NCBI GenBank assembly: GCA_011391125.1
Contig: JAABRE010000022.1
Coordinates: forward strand, 76 to 64,075
Source: Synechococcales cyanobacterium S06
Lineage (GTDB): Bacteria; Cyanobacteriota; Cyanobacteriia; Cyanobacteriales; JAABRE01
Reading direction: 5' to 3'
Length of the DNA: 64,000 nucleotides
Under the pieces are notes generated by a model. The model saw nothing but the letters and a program-made list of their open reading frames with translations, was not told the origin of the DNA and searched no databases. A program made the translations under genes and the position numbers. Below are positions 35,602 through 45,521 of the stretch, piece by piece; the first letter of the stretch is position 1, and the number at the start of each line of letters is the position of its first letter.

Positions 35602-38181
35602 CTAATTTTTAGCTTCTAATTGTGCTAATCTACTTTGTAAGTCTTGGTTATCTTTTTTCAATTTATCTAACTCTTTTTTTAAGTTATCAATTGCTTGATC
35701 TGAACCAATACTTTTCTGCACTTTACTAATAGCTTCTTCGGCCATTCTTCTGGTTCTACCGTCAGAGGTTTGTGAAACAAATTGCTCTAAAATAGCCAAA
35801 ACTTTGGGGGTTTCCATTTGTTTTAAAGCTGTAATTACGGCAATTTGAGTTAAGAAAAATGTCTCGGTTGCTAAGTTTTCTAAGGTGTCCAAAATTGTGT
35901 CAATTTGCTCTGATTTTTGACCGGTGGAAATACTCCCTAAACTTCTAATTGCGGTTAAACGTAGGGGTTGAGGTGTACCAATTTTAGTGTATTTTGTGAT
36001 AATTTCTAATGCTTTGACAGAATTTTTCAACCTACTTAAACCACTAATTGCGGCAGATCTAATTATCTCATTCCAACCTGATTTTTGTTCTAAAATCTGT
36101 TCATAAATGCCAATAAGTTCCCCTTCTTTCTCAGTTAAATTATTGTAAACTAAGCCTCCTAAATTACTAATTGCTGTCCCTTCTATGTTATAAGTTGCTT
36201 CACCTTGTAAGGCAATTTGTTTGAGAATTTCGTAAGTTTCAACGTTTTTAAATTCACTTAATGCTTGAATTACAGCCCGTCTTACTCTTACATTGTCATC
36301 CCCTAAACTCTTAACCAAAATTGCCTGAACTTGGTTTAATTTTATCTTCGCTAAACCTTTAGCTACTTCGACTCTTACACCCCAAAATTTATCATTTTGT
36401 AATGCTTCGGCCAATGATTTGACTGCGTCTAAACCACCTTTTTTGCTTAATGCAATGGCTGCATAAATACGAGAGATGGGATCAGAATCGTATTTTAATT
36501 GAGCTTTTAATTGGGGTAAAGGATACTCTAAAGAGACCGTTTTTAAGAAGTTATTACCCACATCAAAACTGACAAAATCTGGCTTTTTATCTAAGGGAAA
36601 ATAAAAAGTTTGTTGAGGTTGGTTAAGATGTAATGTAACTGTTTTCAACTCACTTTCACTATTTTCTTGACTCGGTTTATAACCAAAACCAACGGGAATT
36701 TTTAAATCAAATAAATACTCATTATTGTCTTTTACTTGGGTTTGATGTACGGTTAATTTTGCTACTTTGTTGTCATTATTCCAACTATAACTTACTTTAA
36801 AATCAGGATGACCTCCTCTTAAGACGTATTGGTCAAAAAGCGGAGCTATATTATAACCAGTTGCTTCATCAATTGCCCGAATTAAATCCACAGTTTCGAC
36901 GGTTTTATGCGCATTATTTGTGACAAATTTTTGCATACTTTTAGCAAACAAGGTCTCACCTAATAAGCTCCTAATCATGTGGTAAACACAAGCACCTTTC
37001 TCGTATAAATGGCGATCGTATAACTCAATAGCTTCTCGATAAACATTGGTAACAATGGGTCTTCTATAGCGGGATTTATCCTCATGTAAATAACTCCTTG
37101 CTTCCCCTAAAAGATAATAAGCTGCATCATCTTTACTATACTCAAATTCGGTCCACAAAACCTCAGCATAGGTCGCCATACCTTCCTTAATCCAAGCGTG
37201 AGACCAATGTTTTATTACTACTAAATCTCCAAACCATTGATGTGCCAATTCATGCAAAACTAAGGTCTCGGTACGATAATTATCGATCGCCGCTTTTTCA
37301 TCTAATAAACAGCGATCAGTTAACAAAGTTGTGGAGGTATTTTCCATCCCACCAAAAATGAAATCATCCACACAAACTTGAGCATATTTAGGAAAAGGAT
37401 ATTTATAGCCATATTTATTACTTAAAAACTCCATCATTTTCGGAGTTTTGCCCATACTTCTAACAGCATCTTCTTCTCGCCCTTTTTCCACATAATAATT
37501 AACAGGAATCCCTTCCCATTGCTCCTTAATTTCGGCAAAATCTCCCATCGCCAAAGTCATCAAATAAGTGGGATGAACCTGTTTTTGTAACCAATGATAG
37601 ATTTTTCTATCTTTTATCTCTTTAGTTTCGATTAATTCTCCATTAGAAATGGCCATAAATTGCGCAGGAATATTAACCCGAATTTCCGAAGTTGCTAACT
37701 GACCGGGATAATCAAAACAGGGAAACCAAAAACGAGAATCTTCGTCTTCACCTTGAGTCCAAATTTGTGTCGGTTTATCGGGATAATTTTCGTCGGGAGT
37801 AATAAAATATAAACCCCGGTTCGGATTATTTACTTGATACTTAATTTCTATCTTTAAAATTTCCTTTTCTGTGGGTTTTAATAACTCAATGACTAATTTT
37901 TCCTGATCATAGTCAAAAGGTTGGGAAATATTATTAATTAATACCGATTCAATTTCTAAATTAACTGCATCTAAAATTAATTCCGTAATACCTTGACGAA
38001 GGGGACTTAAGCTAATTTGACAAATTCCCTGAAAACTTTGATTCGGAATATCAAAAACTAAATCTAAAAAGATATGTTCAACTTTCCCTGGTTTATCGGG
38101 GTTATACTGAGGTTTTGCTCCTGGTAATTCAAAAGATTTACTAGACTTTTCTTCTGTATCAAAATAATAGTAAACTGACAT
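35602..38181 (-). CDS. M1-family aminopeptidase (aminopeptidase N-like) with C-terminal HEAT repeats and coiled coil
   Basis: GGMENTS exopeptidase motif, the HELAHQWFGDLV...WIKEG zinc site, and repetitive VRV..A..L HEAT-like units. Confidence 0.92.
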   Translation of the reverse strand: MSVYYYFDTEEKSSKSFELPGAKPQYNPDKPGKVEHIFLDLVFDIPNQSFQGICQISLSPLRQGITELILDAVNLEIESVLINNISQPFDYDQEKLVIELLKPTEKEILKIEIKYQVNNPNRGLYFITPDENYPDKPTQIWTQGEDEDSRFWFPCFDYPGQLATSEIRVNIPAQFMAISNGELIETKEIKDRKIYHWLQKQVHPTYLMTLAMGDFAEIKEQWEGIPVNYYVEKGREEDAVRSMGKTPKMMEFLSNKYGYKYPFPKYAQVCVDDFIFGGMENTSTTLLTDRCLLDEKAAIDNYRTETLVLHELAHQWFGDLVVIKHWSHAWIKEGMATYAEVLWTEFEYSKDDAAYYLLGEARSYLHEDKSRYRRPIVTNVYREAIELYDRHLYEKGACVYHMIRSLLGETLFAKSMQKFVTNNAHKTVETVDLIRAIDEATGYNIAPLFDQYVLRGGHPDFKVSYSWNNDNKVAKLTVHQTQVKDNNEYLFDLKIPVGFGYKPSQENSESELKTVTLHLNQPQQTFYFPLDKKPDFVSFDVGNNFLKTVSLEYPLPQLKAQLKYDSDPISRIYAAIALSKKGGLDAVKSLAEALQNDKFWGVRVEVAKGLAKIKLNQVQAILVKSLGDDNVRVRRAVIQALSEFKNVETYEILKQIALQGEATYNIEGTAISNLGGLVYNNLTEKEGELIGIYEQILEQKSGWNEIIRSAAISGLSRLKNSVKALEIITKYTKIGTPQPLRLTAIRSLGSISTGQKSEQIDTILDTLENLATETFFLTQIAVITALKQMETPKVLAILEQFVSQTSDGRTRRMAEEAISKVQKSIGSDQAIDNLKKELDKLKKDNQDLQSRLAQLEAKN

Positions 38182-38229
38182 ATTTTCCTAACATTAATTG
38201 ACTTAACTTGTTTATTATAATCTATTTGT

Positions 38230-38297
38230 GTAGGGTGGGCAAAATAAATTAACCAAATGTGGGCTCAATTTTATTTAGTTAATTTTGCCCACCCTAC
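38230..38297. repeat. Family D long hairpin
   Basis: gtagggtgggcaaaat ... attttgcccaccctac. Confidence 0.75.
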
Positions 38298-38528
38298 CAA
38301 GTAATATATTAACTTTTATAACAAACTATTGACAAGGGTATTTATATATATATAAAAAGACAAAAAGAGGAAAATTAAATTAAATTAAAACTCTTTTTTA
38401 TTGCGGTTTTAGTAAAAAAATAATCAATTTTATCGGGTTGATCTCACTGAACATGATCTCAGTGGGATCACGTCTAATTTTAATAAACTTAGGAGGAATG
38501 CAGATAAACACTGCATATTTACTTAATT

Positions 38529-38909
38529 ATGTCAAGAAGAAAAAAGAGTTTTTCCTGTGGTCATAAGGGATTTGGACAAATTTGTCATAGATGTGCCCAA
38601 GAACAAGCGGAATTTAATGAACATAAAAGAGTTAAACAGGAATGGGAGCAAACTTTTACCCTTGATCCCATTGATTTAAGAACTTTACCTAAAAATGTGG
38701 TTTTAAAAGCTAGAAACATAATTCAATCTTTGCAAAATGAGTATAATTATCGCAATTTTCACGGGAAAAGATTGCGTCATGATCGCCTAATTGTCAGTAT
38801 TCCTGTCACTAGAAACTATAGATTAATCTGTAGAGATTTAGGTAGTTTTCTCATGCCAGAACAAATAGTTTCCCATGAGGATTATAATATTTGTAAACCA
38901 GGAAGTTAG
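38529..38909 (+). CDS. Hypothetical protein: N-terminal CxH..CxxC zinc-ribbon-like segment plus a RelE/HigB-like C-terminal region
   Basis: CGHKGFGQICHRC at the N-terminus. GKRLRHDRLIVSIPVTRNYRLICR resembles the beta-strand core of RelE/ParE-fold toxins. Confidence 0.4.
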   Translation: MSRRKKSFSCGHKGFGQICHRCAQEQAEFNEHKRVKQEWEQTFTLDPIDLRTLPKNVVLKARNIIQSLQNEYNYRNFHGKRLRHDRLIVSIPVTRNYRLICRDLGSFLMPEQIVSHEDYNICKPGS

Positions 38910-39043
38910 TTGATAGTTAATAGTTGATAGTTGATAGTTGATATAGCAGTCCTATGTTGGTGGTGTAGAGACGTTGCATGCAACGTCTCTACAGTCAGGG
39001 TTTTGTGAAAACAATTTTTTACAACTAATTTAGGATTGCGATA
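38906..39043. mobile_element. (AGTTGAT)n heptamer array (38906-38940) fused to a MITE family A copy (38941-39043)
   Basis: The array starts at the stop codon of the preceding ORF. The MITE carries atatagcagtcc...gtagagacgttgcatgcaacgtctctac...ggattgcgatag. Confidence 0.8.
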
Positions 39044-39117
39044 GTTGACAATTAAGAATGTATAGATATTGCCGGCAACGTCTATACAGAATACAGTAAT
39101 AATAAATAACCAAAAAA

Positions 39118-40302
39118 ATGCAAATATATCTTGATTATAGTGCCACAACTCCGCCACGGCCTGAAGTAATTGCCAAGGTTCAGGAAGTTATGAGCAATTC
39201 CTGGGGCAATCCTTCAAGCCTGCATAAGTGGGGGGCCAGAGCAGCTACGGTGGTTGAAACAGCTAGGTTTCAGGTAGCTGATTTAATTAACTGTCCTAAC
39301 CCAGATTCCCTGATTTTTACGGCCGGAGGTACGGAAGCTGATAATTTAGCCATAATGGGTGTGGCTAAATCCTATGATTTTCCCCAACATTTGATTATTT
39401 CTAGCGTGGAACACTCCGCCATTAATGAACCGGTTAAGCAATTGGAAAAAAAAGGTTGGGAAGTAACCAGATTGACGGTAAATCGTCAAGGTAGAGTTAA
39501 CCCCGAGGAATTGAAAGCTGCGTTAAAACCGAATACTGTCTTGGTTTCCGTCATTTATGGTCAAAGTGAAGTCGGTACTTTGCAACCCATCGAAGAATTA
39601 GGCCAAATTTGCCGTAGTCGAAATGTGCTATTTCACACTGACGCAGTGCAGGTGGTTGGTCGTTTGCCCATCGACGTGACCACTTTGCCCGTTGATTTAA
39701 TTTCCATGTCCAGCCACAAAATCTATGGAATGCAAGGGGTTGGCGCTTTATATGTGCGTCAAGGTGTGGAGTTAATCCCTTTAGTTGGTGGAGGCGGCCA
39801 AGAATTTGGGATTAGATCAGGTACTCAAGCCGTCGCAGCCATCGCCGGTTTTGGTGTCGCAGCTGAATTGGCTGGGTTAGAAATGAAACAAGAATCAGAA
39901 CGGTTGCGCAGTTTACGCGATCGCCTCTTTGACCTTTTGGCCGATAACTCCTGTTTAATTCCCACGGGAGACCGGTTACATAGATTACCACATCATGTGA
40001 GCTTGGCGATCGACACCTCCGAAAACAGCAAATGTTGCGGTTCAACCCTAGTAAAACAAAAAGCCATCACAGGAAGGGCAATGGTCAGGGAGTTGAATTT
40101 AGCAGGAATAGGTATAAGTGCGGGTTCAGCCTGTCATAGTGGTAAACTAAATGCAAGCCCAATTTTAGTCGCTTTAGGGTACTCAGAAGAACTCGCCAAG
40201 GGAGGCATCCGTCTCACATTGGGGAAAGATACCACGGAAGCTGACATTGATTGGACGGCCCTAGTTTTAAAACAAATTTTAGTCAGATTAATTGATAAAT
40301 AA
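39118..40302 (+). CDS. Cysteine desulfurase (NifS/IscS-like class V aminotransferase)
   Basis: PLP lysine context SSHKIYG. Active-site loop SAGSACHSG. Confidence 0.9.
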   Translation: MQIYLDYSATTPPRPEVIAKVQEVMSNSWGNPSSLHKWGARAATVVETARFQVADLINCPNPDSLIFTAGGTEADNLAIMGVAKSYDFPQHLIISSVEHSAINEPVKQLEKKGWEVTRLTVNRQGRVNPEELKAALKPNTVLVSVIYGQSEVGTLQPIEELGQICRSRNVLFHTDAVQVVGRLPIDVTTLPVDLISMSSHKIYGMQGVGALYVRQGVELIPLVGGGGQEFGIRSGTQAVAAIAGFGVAAELAGLEMKQESERLRSLRDRLFDLLADNSCLIPTGDRLHRLPHHVSLAIDTSENSKCCGSTLVKQKAITGRAMVRELNLAGIGISAGSACHSGKLNASPILVALGYSEELAKGGIRLTLGKDTTEADIDWTALVLKQILVRLIDK

Positions 40303-40305
40303 ACT

Positions 40306-41049
40306 ATGACATTACCAAAAAGTTTCGAGGAAACTATAACCCAAGCGAAGTCTGCCGCTATTGCTGCATTAAACGATGGTTTAGACAGAGTACAAATTGA
40401 ATTAGTTTTCCCCGAAATTGCCTTACAAGCGCAAACTTTAGCTTTAGAATTTACCTCAATTTTCGCTAATTATGGTTCAGGTTTAAGGGTGCTTTTTCCC
40501 GACACGGGAGCCGCCGCTTTAGCGCGCCGTGACTGGGGAAACCGGGATTTCAAGGTGGCGGATATTGGCAATAGTCGCAGCCCAGTAGAATTGAAAATTA
40601 GCGAGGCTGACGAGGCTTTTTTGGTAGTCTGTCCATCCTCGGTGGAAGTTGAGCAAGTGGAAAAATTATGTAATTTAGCCAACGGTCGTCCCGTGGTTTT
40701 ACTGATTCCCCAACTAGAAGATGTGTCAATTGTGGGAATCGGCTACGCAGCGCGCCAGTTACGGGAAAGGTTTATTAGCACCCTTTATTCTGCTTATTAT
40801 ATTCGAGCTTTGGAAGGGGCAATTGTTTATAGAAATCACCCCTCAAAATGGGAAGTTTGGTTAGAAGAAACTGAGGAAAATTATCGCTTAATTGCTGAAG
40901 AAAGCCAGAAACCTTTAGGGGAATATTTAGATAGAATTATTAACGAAGCAATTAATCCTACTCCCGAAAATTCCGAAGTTAAAACTAACAGGAAAAAACC
41001 CGGTTTAATGACTAATTTACAACGTTTTTTAAAAGCATTAAGCCAGTAA
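40306..41049 (+). CDS. DUF1995-like conserved cyanobacterial/plastid-lineage protein
   Basis: LRVLFPDTGAAALARRDWG and the overall pattern. Family assignment is from memory only. Confidence 0.5.
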   Translation: MTLPKSFEETITQAKSAAIAALNDGLDRVQIELVFPEIALQAQTLALEFTSIFANYGSGLRVLFPDTGAAALARRDWGNRDFKVADIGNSRSPVELKISEADEAFLVVCPSSVEVEQVEKLCNLANGRPVVLLIPQLEDVSIVGIGYAARQLRERFISTLYSAYYIRALEGAIVYRNHPSKWEVWLEETEENYRLIAEESQKPLGEYLDRIINEAINPTPENSEVKTNRKKPGLMTNLQRFLKALSQ

Positions 41050-41426
41050 CAATAGTAGGCAATATAATGCCCCTGATGATTAATTTTGGTAAGCGATAAA
41101 GTTTTACCAAAATTACAGAAGGGAATCGTTTTTTATTCGGCTTACTTAATAACTTTAAAGATTTTAGCTCTGATGAGAATTAACTCTTTTTACTGTTGTA
41201 GAGACGTTGCCGAATGTTACATTCGGCCATGTTACATTCGGCAATCTTTCCCAACAAAGAGGAATGCTATATAAGTAGGTGGTTACAATTAAACGTAAAA
41301 ATGCAAAAGTATCTTTTGACTTCGTAATTAAGTCTAGGAGCGCTAAAGCGCAACTACGAACATTTATTCATTGATCTTTTATTTATGACTACCTACTTAC
41401 TTGACAAAGTTACCAGAGGTTATTGA

Positions 41427-41672
41427 GCAAAAAATAGCTCGCTTTTCTTACCTATTACCTTCGAATCTTGCACGTCTAAATGTTCAATATTAGACTTATA
41501 TCCCATCAAAAAACATGATAATTATTTAGGTAAAAAAATTAAAAGAGACTTATTTAAAAATAGTCCAGAAAATTTAATTAATGCCGACTTAAATGGTATT
41601 TTAGATCTAGGCCGAAAAGTAGCAGGAAATGGATTTATTGTCTCCTCCCCAAGTGCAGAGCTAGGCCAATAA
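41427..41672 (+). pseudogene. C-terminal remnant of a tnpB (IS605 OrfB) gene
   Basis: Manual translation gives ..LPITFESCTSKCS...NADLNGILDLGRKVAGNGFIVSSPSAELGQ*. This covers the zinc-ribbon and RuvC-III-like ADLNG.L..GRK region only. No N-terminal part is present. Confidence 0.5.
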
Positions 41673-41776
41673 GGATTCGTCCTTATCAACAAAAAATATA
41701 GTCAAGTCGTATTTTTCTATATTTTTTGTAACTATAATAGAAAGACATCAAACATCTTTAGATATTTGTTACTACT

Positions 41777-42295
41777 ATGAAACACACCTTATCAGTTTTA
41801 GTTGAAGACGAAGCCGGAGTTTTAACTCGTATTGCTGGATTATTTGCTCGTCGCGGTTTTAATATTGAAAGTTTGGCCGTTGGTCCTGCTGAACAATTTG
41901 GCATATCCCGTATTACCATGGTTGTTCCAGGAGATGAACATACTATTGAGCAGTTGACCAAGCAATTGTATAAACTGATCAACGTTTTAAAAGTTCAGGA
42001 TATCACTCTGACTCCTTGTGTAGAAAGGGAATTAATGTTAATTAAAGTTAATGCAAATACTTCTAATCGAGCCGAAGTTATTGAATTAGCTCAAGTTTTT
42101 CGCGCGCGGGTAGTTGATTTATCCGATGAAAGCTTAACTATTGAAGTCGTGGGCGATCCCGGAAAAATGGTTGCGATTATTCAAATGTTAAATAAATTTG
42201 GCATTAGAGAAATTTCTCGCACGGGTAAAATTGCTTTAATTCGGGAGTCGGGAGTTAATACGGAATATCTCAAATCTTTGGAAGCAAAAGTTTAA
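41777..42295 (+). CDS. ilvH: Acetolactate synthase small (regulatory) subunit
   Basis: [37 protein letters not shown] is an ACT domain. 172 aa. Confidence 0.95.
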   Translation: MKHTLSVLVEDEAGVLTRIAGLFARRGFNIESLAVGPAEQFGISRITMVVPGDEHTIEQLTKQLYKLINVLKVQDITLTPCVERELMLIKVNANTSNRAEVIELAQVFRARVVDLSDESLTIEVVGDPGKMVAIIQMLNKFGIREISRTGKIALIRESGVNTEYLKSLEAKV

Positions 42296-42528
42296 GCAAT
42301 TAACAATTAACAATTGATACTTGTTAACTTGTGCTTTCTTTGAGAGCAAAAATATTCGACATAAGTCAAGCTTGAATATTTTAATCAAATTAAATTGAGT
42401 TAAGCTGATATAGCATTTTCATTTGATATTTTAACTCTCTTTTCCCCCTCATCTGGACGGGTGAGGGGGTATATAACACTTAATCAGAAAGTGCTATAAT
42501 GATCATTGTTAATTGTTAATGAGATGAC

Positions 42529-45501
42529 ATGGATACAGAGATAATTAATGTTCTTTTGATTGAAAATAATCCGGTACAAGCTTTGATTTTTAAACAGATG
42601 TTAAAAAGGGCTAAAACCGGAAATTTTAACATAACTTATTTTCAAAATTTACAGTTAGCAATTAGTTTTTTAACTACACAAAAATGCGATATTATTTTAA
42701 CTGATTTATTTTTATCTGATAGTAAAGGATTAAATACTTTAATTCGTTTACAAACTGTAAAACCAGATGTTCCCATTTTAATTTTAACAGCTTTCAATGA
42801 TGAAAAATTAGCTTTAGAATCTGTCAAAAAAGGAGCGCAGGATTATTTAGTTAAAGATAAAATTACTCAAGATTCTTTAATCCGTTGTCTTAAATATGGG
42901 ATTGAAAGACATAAATTTACCGCCCTTATTGAAGAAAAAAATTATTTATTAAAACAAGCTAATGAAAAATTACAAGATCAAAATCAGGAACTTATTTTAA
43001 TTAATCAGAAATTAGCAACGGTAACTAACAATTTAGAAAAAGAAGTTAAACAACAAAATCTTAATTTAGAAACTGCTCTTGGAGATTGTAAAAACTTTGA
43101 ACAAACTTTAGAAAAGTTAGTGGCCGGAACTTCATCGGTTATTGGCGATGATTTTTTTGCTGCTTTAGTCGTTAATTTAAGTTCAGTTTTAGATGTGCGT
43201 TATGGATTAGTTTCAGAATTAATTGATGAGGATCAATTATATACGATCGCCTTTTCCGATCATGGCCAAATACAAAGTAATTTTAGCCATGGTTTTAAGA
43301 ATACTCCCTGTGAACAAAGTATGATCTTAGGTCAGTATTATTGTCTTAATGAACTTAATCAAAAATTTCCTGAACATACTCAATTAGTCTCATTAAAAGC
43401 CGAAAGTTACTATGGTATTGCTTTAAAAGATAGTGCAAATCAAGTAATAGGAAATCTTTGTATTTTAGACGATAAACCAATTAAAAATATTGAACAAATT
43501 GAAGCGATAATTAAAATTTTTGCCACTCGAGGAGCAGCAGAAATTGAGCGTCATAGAGCAAAACAGAAATTACAAACCTTAAATGAACAATTAGAAATAA
43601 GGGTAGAAGAAAGAACAAAAGAGTTAAAAACAAGTCAAGAAATATTACGAGAAAGTGAGGAATTATTAAGATTAACCATCGAAAATACTCCCATTGGTAT
43701 TGTAACTTCTTTATCAACAGGAACTTTTAAAACGGTAAATTCAGCATTTTGTCAAATGCTTGGTTATGAAAAAGAAGAATTATTAACAATGAATTTTAGG
43801 GAGCTTACCCATCCCGATGATCAAGAAAATTCAGGGCAACAAATTGAGGAATTAATTGAGAATAAAATAAGTCAATTTACCTTAGAAAAAAGATATATTC
43901 ATAAAAATGGTAATCTTATTTATGGAATTGTTAGAGTAGGATGTATTCAAGGTTGTGAAATTAATAACACTCAATTGGTGGCCACAGTACATGATATTAC
44001 TGACAGGAAACAAAAAGAAGCCGAATTACATAAATCTTTAAAAGAATTATCCGATTTTAAATATGCTTTAGATGAAGCAGCCATTGTCACTATTACTGAT
44101 GTTAATGGTAAGATTACTTATGCTAATAATAAATTTTGCCAAATTACCAAATATGAACTCAATGAAGTGATCGGAAAAAAACATCAAATCATTAATTCTA
44201 GTTATCATAATAAAGAAATATTTTTCGATTTATGGCAGACAATTACCAAAGGTAAAATCTGGAGAGGAGAGTTAAAAAATCGGACTAAAAACGGCGATTT
44301 TTATTGGATAGATAATACCATTGTACCTTTTTTAGATGAGGAAAATAAACCCGTCCAATATTTATCTATTAGTACAGATATAACCTCTCGTAAAGAAGTA
44401 GAATCTGCTTTATATAAAAGTAATAAATTGTTACAACAACAATTAGCAGCGATTGAATCAGCAAATGATGGTATCGGTATTCTTAATTTAGAAGGAGAAT
44501 ATATTTATATTAATAATGCTCATTTAGCTTTATTTGGTTATCAAAAACCTGAAGATTTATTGGGTAAAACCTGGCATATTTTCTATGATTCTAGTCAAAT
44601 TAAACGCTTACAAACAGAAATATTACCACTATTATATAATCAGAGAAAATGGCGGGGAGAATTAGTTGCTCACAGAAAAGATGGTACAAATTTTACTCAA
44701 GAAATGTCTTTAACTTTAATCGAAAAAGTGGGCATAGTTTGCGTTTCTCAAGATATTAGCGATCGCAAAAAAGCCGAAGAAAATATCCTCAAATCTTTGG
44801 CCAAAGAAAAAGAATTAAACCAACTAAAATCCCGCTTTGTTTCCATGACTTCCCATGAATTTAGGACTCCATTATCGATTATTTCCTCTTCAGCCGGTAT
44901 CTTGGAATTATATGGTGATAGATTAGAATCAAAGAAACAAGAAAAGCATTTAAAAAGAATACAAACCTCGGTTTATAATATGACCCAATTATTAGAAGAT
45001 ATTTTAATTATTAATTATTCCGAAACTAATAACATAGAATTTAATCCGATCAATTTAGATTTGGTAACATTTTGTAACGAATTATTAGAAGATTTAGAAT
45101 CAAATTTTATTAATCATTCTCTGATTTCTCGTATTAATCCTAAACATAATTTTCTGGTTTATTTAGATCAAAAATTAATCAGACAAATTTTAACTAATTT
45201 ACTGTCAAATGCCAGCAAATATTCTCCCATTGGTAGTAAAATTTATTTTGAAGTTAGTCAGGCTAAAAACATGGTTATATTTAAGATTCAAGATGAAGGC
45301 ATCGGTATTCCCTTAGAAGATCAACCACGCTTATTTGAGTCATTTCATCGGGGGCTAAATGTAGGAAATATTCAAGGAACAGGATTAGGTTTAGCCATTG
45401 TCAAAAAATGTGTACAAATGCATCAAGGCAAGATCACTTTTTCTAGTAAAATAGAAAAAGGAACGACTTTTATGGTGCAAATTCCTTTAAAGTATAGATA
45501 A
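42529..45501 (+). CDS. Response-regulator receiver / GAF / multi-PAS sensor histidine kinase
   Basis: N-terminal REC (DIILTDLFLSD), coiled coil, GAF, at least 3 PAS/PAC units, HisKA SHEFRTPL, and HATPase N/G boxes (NLLSNASKY, GTGLGLAIV). Confidence 0.88.
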   Translation: MDTEIINVLLIENNPVQALIFKQMLKRAKTGNFNITYFQNLQLAISFLTTQKCDIILTDLFLSDSKGLNTLIRLQTVKPDVPILILTAFNDEKLALESVKKGAQDYLVKDKITQDSLIRCLKYGIERHKFTALIEEKNYLLKQANEKLQDQNQELILINQKLATVTNNLEKEVKQQNLNLETALGDCKNFEQTLEKLVAGTSSVIGDDFFAALVVNLSSVLDVRYGLVSELIDEDQLYTIAFSDHGQIQSNFSHGFKNTPCEQSMILGQYYCLNELNQKFPEHTQLVSLKAESYYGIALKDSANQVIGNLCILDDKPIKNIEQIEAIIKIFATRGAAEIERHRAKQKLQTLNEQLEIRVEERTKELKTSQEILRESEELLRLTIENTPIGIVTSLSTGTFKTVNSAFCQMLGYEKEELLTMNFRELTHPDDQENSGQQIEELIENKISQFTLEKRYIHKNGNLIYGIVRVGCIQGCEINNTQLVATVHDITDRKQKEAELHKSLKELSDFKYALDEAAIVTITDVNGKITYANNKFCQITKYELNEVIGKKHQIINSSYHNKEIFFDLWQTITKGKIWRGELKNRTKNGDFYWIDNTIVPFLDEENKPVQYLSISTDITSRKEVESALYKSNKLLQQQLAAIESANDGIGILNLEGEYIYINNAHLALFGYQKPEDLLGKTWHIFYDSSQIKRLQTEILPLLYNQRKWRGELVAHRKDGTNFTQEMSLTLIEKVGIVCVSQDISDRKKAEENILKSLAKEKELNQLKSRFVSMTSHEFRTPLSIISSSAGILELYGDRLESKKQEKHLKRIQTSVYNMTQLLEDILIINYSETNNIEFNPINLDLVTFCNELLEDLESNFINHSLISRINPKHNFLVYLDQKLIRQILTNLLSNASKYSPIGSKIYFEVSQAKNMVIFKIQDEGIGIPLEDQPRLFESFHRGLNVGNIQGTGLGLAIVKKCVQMHQGKITFSSKIEKGTTFMVQIPLKYR

Positions 45502-45521
45502 AAATTATCCTATCAGAGACC

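Noticed and set aside
41086-41274. 62-aa ORF downstream of the DUF1995-like gene
   Set aside because: It translates a family A-related MITE (gtagagacgttgcc...ggaatgctatata), so it is repeat-derived rather than coding.
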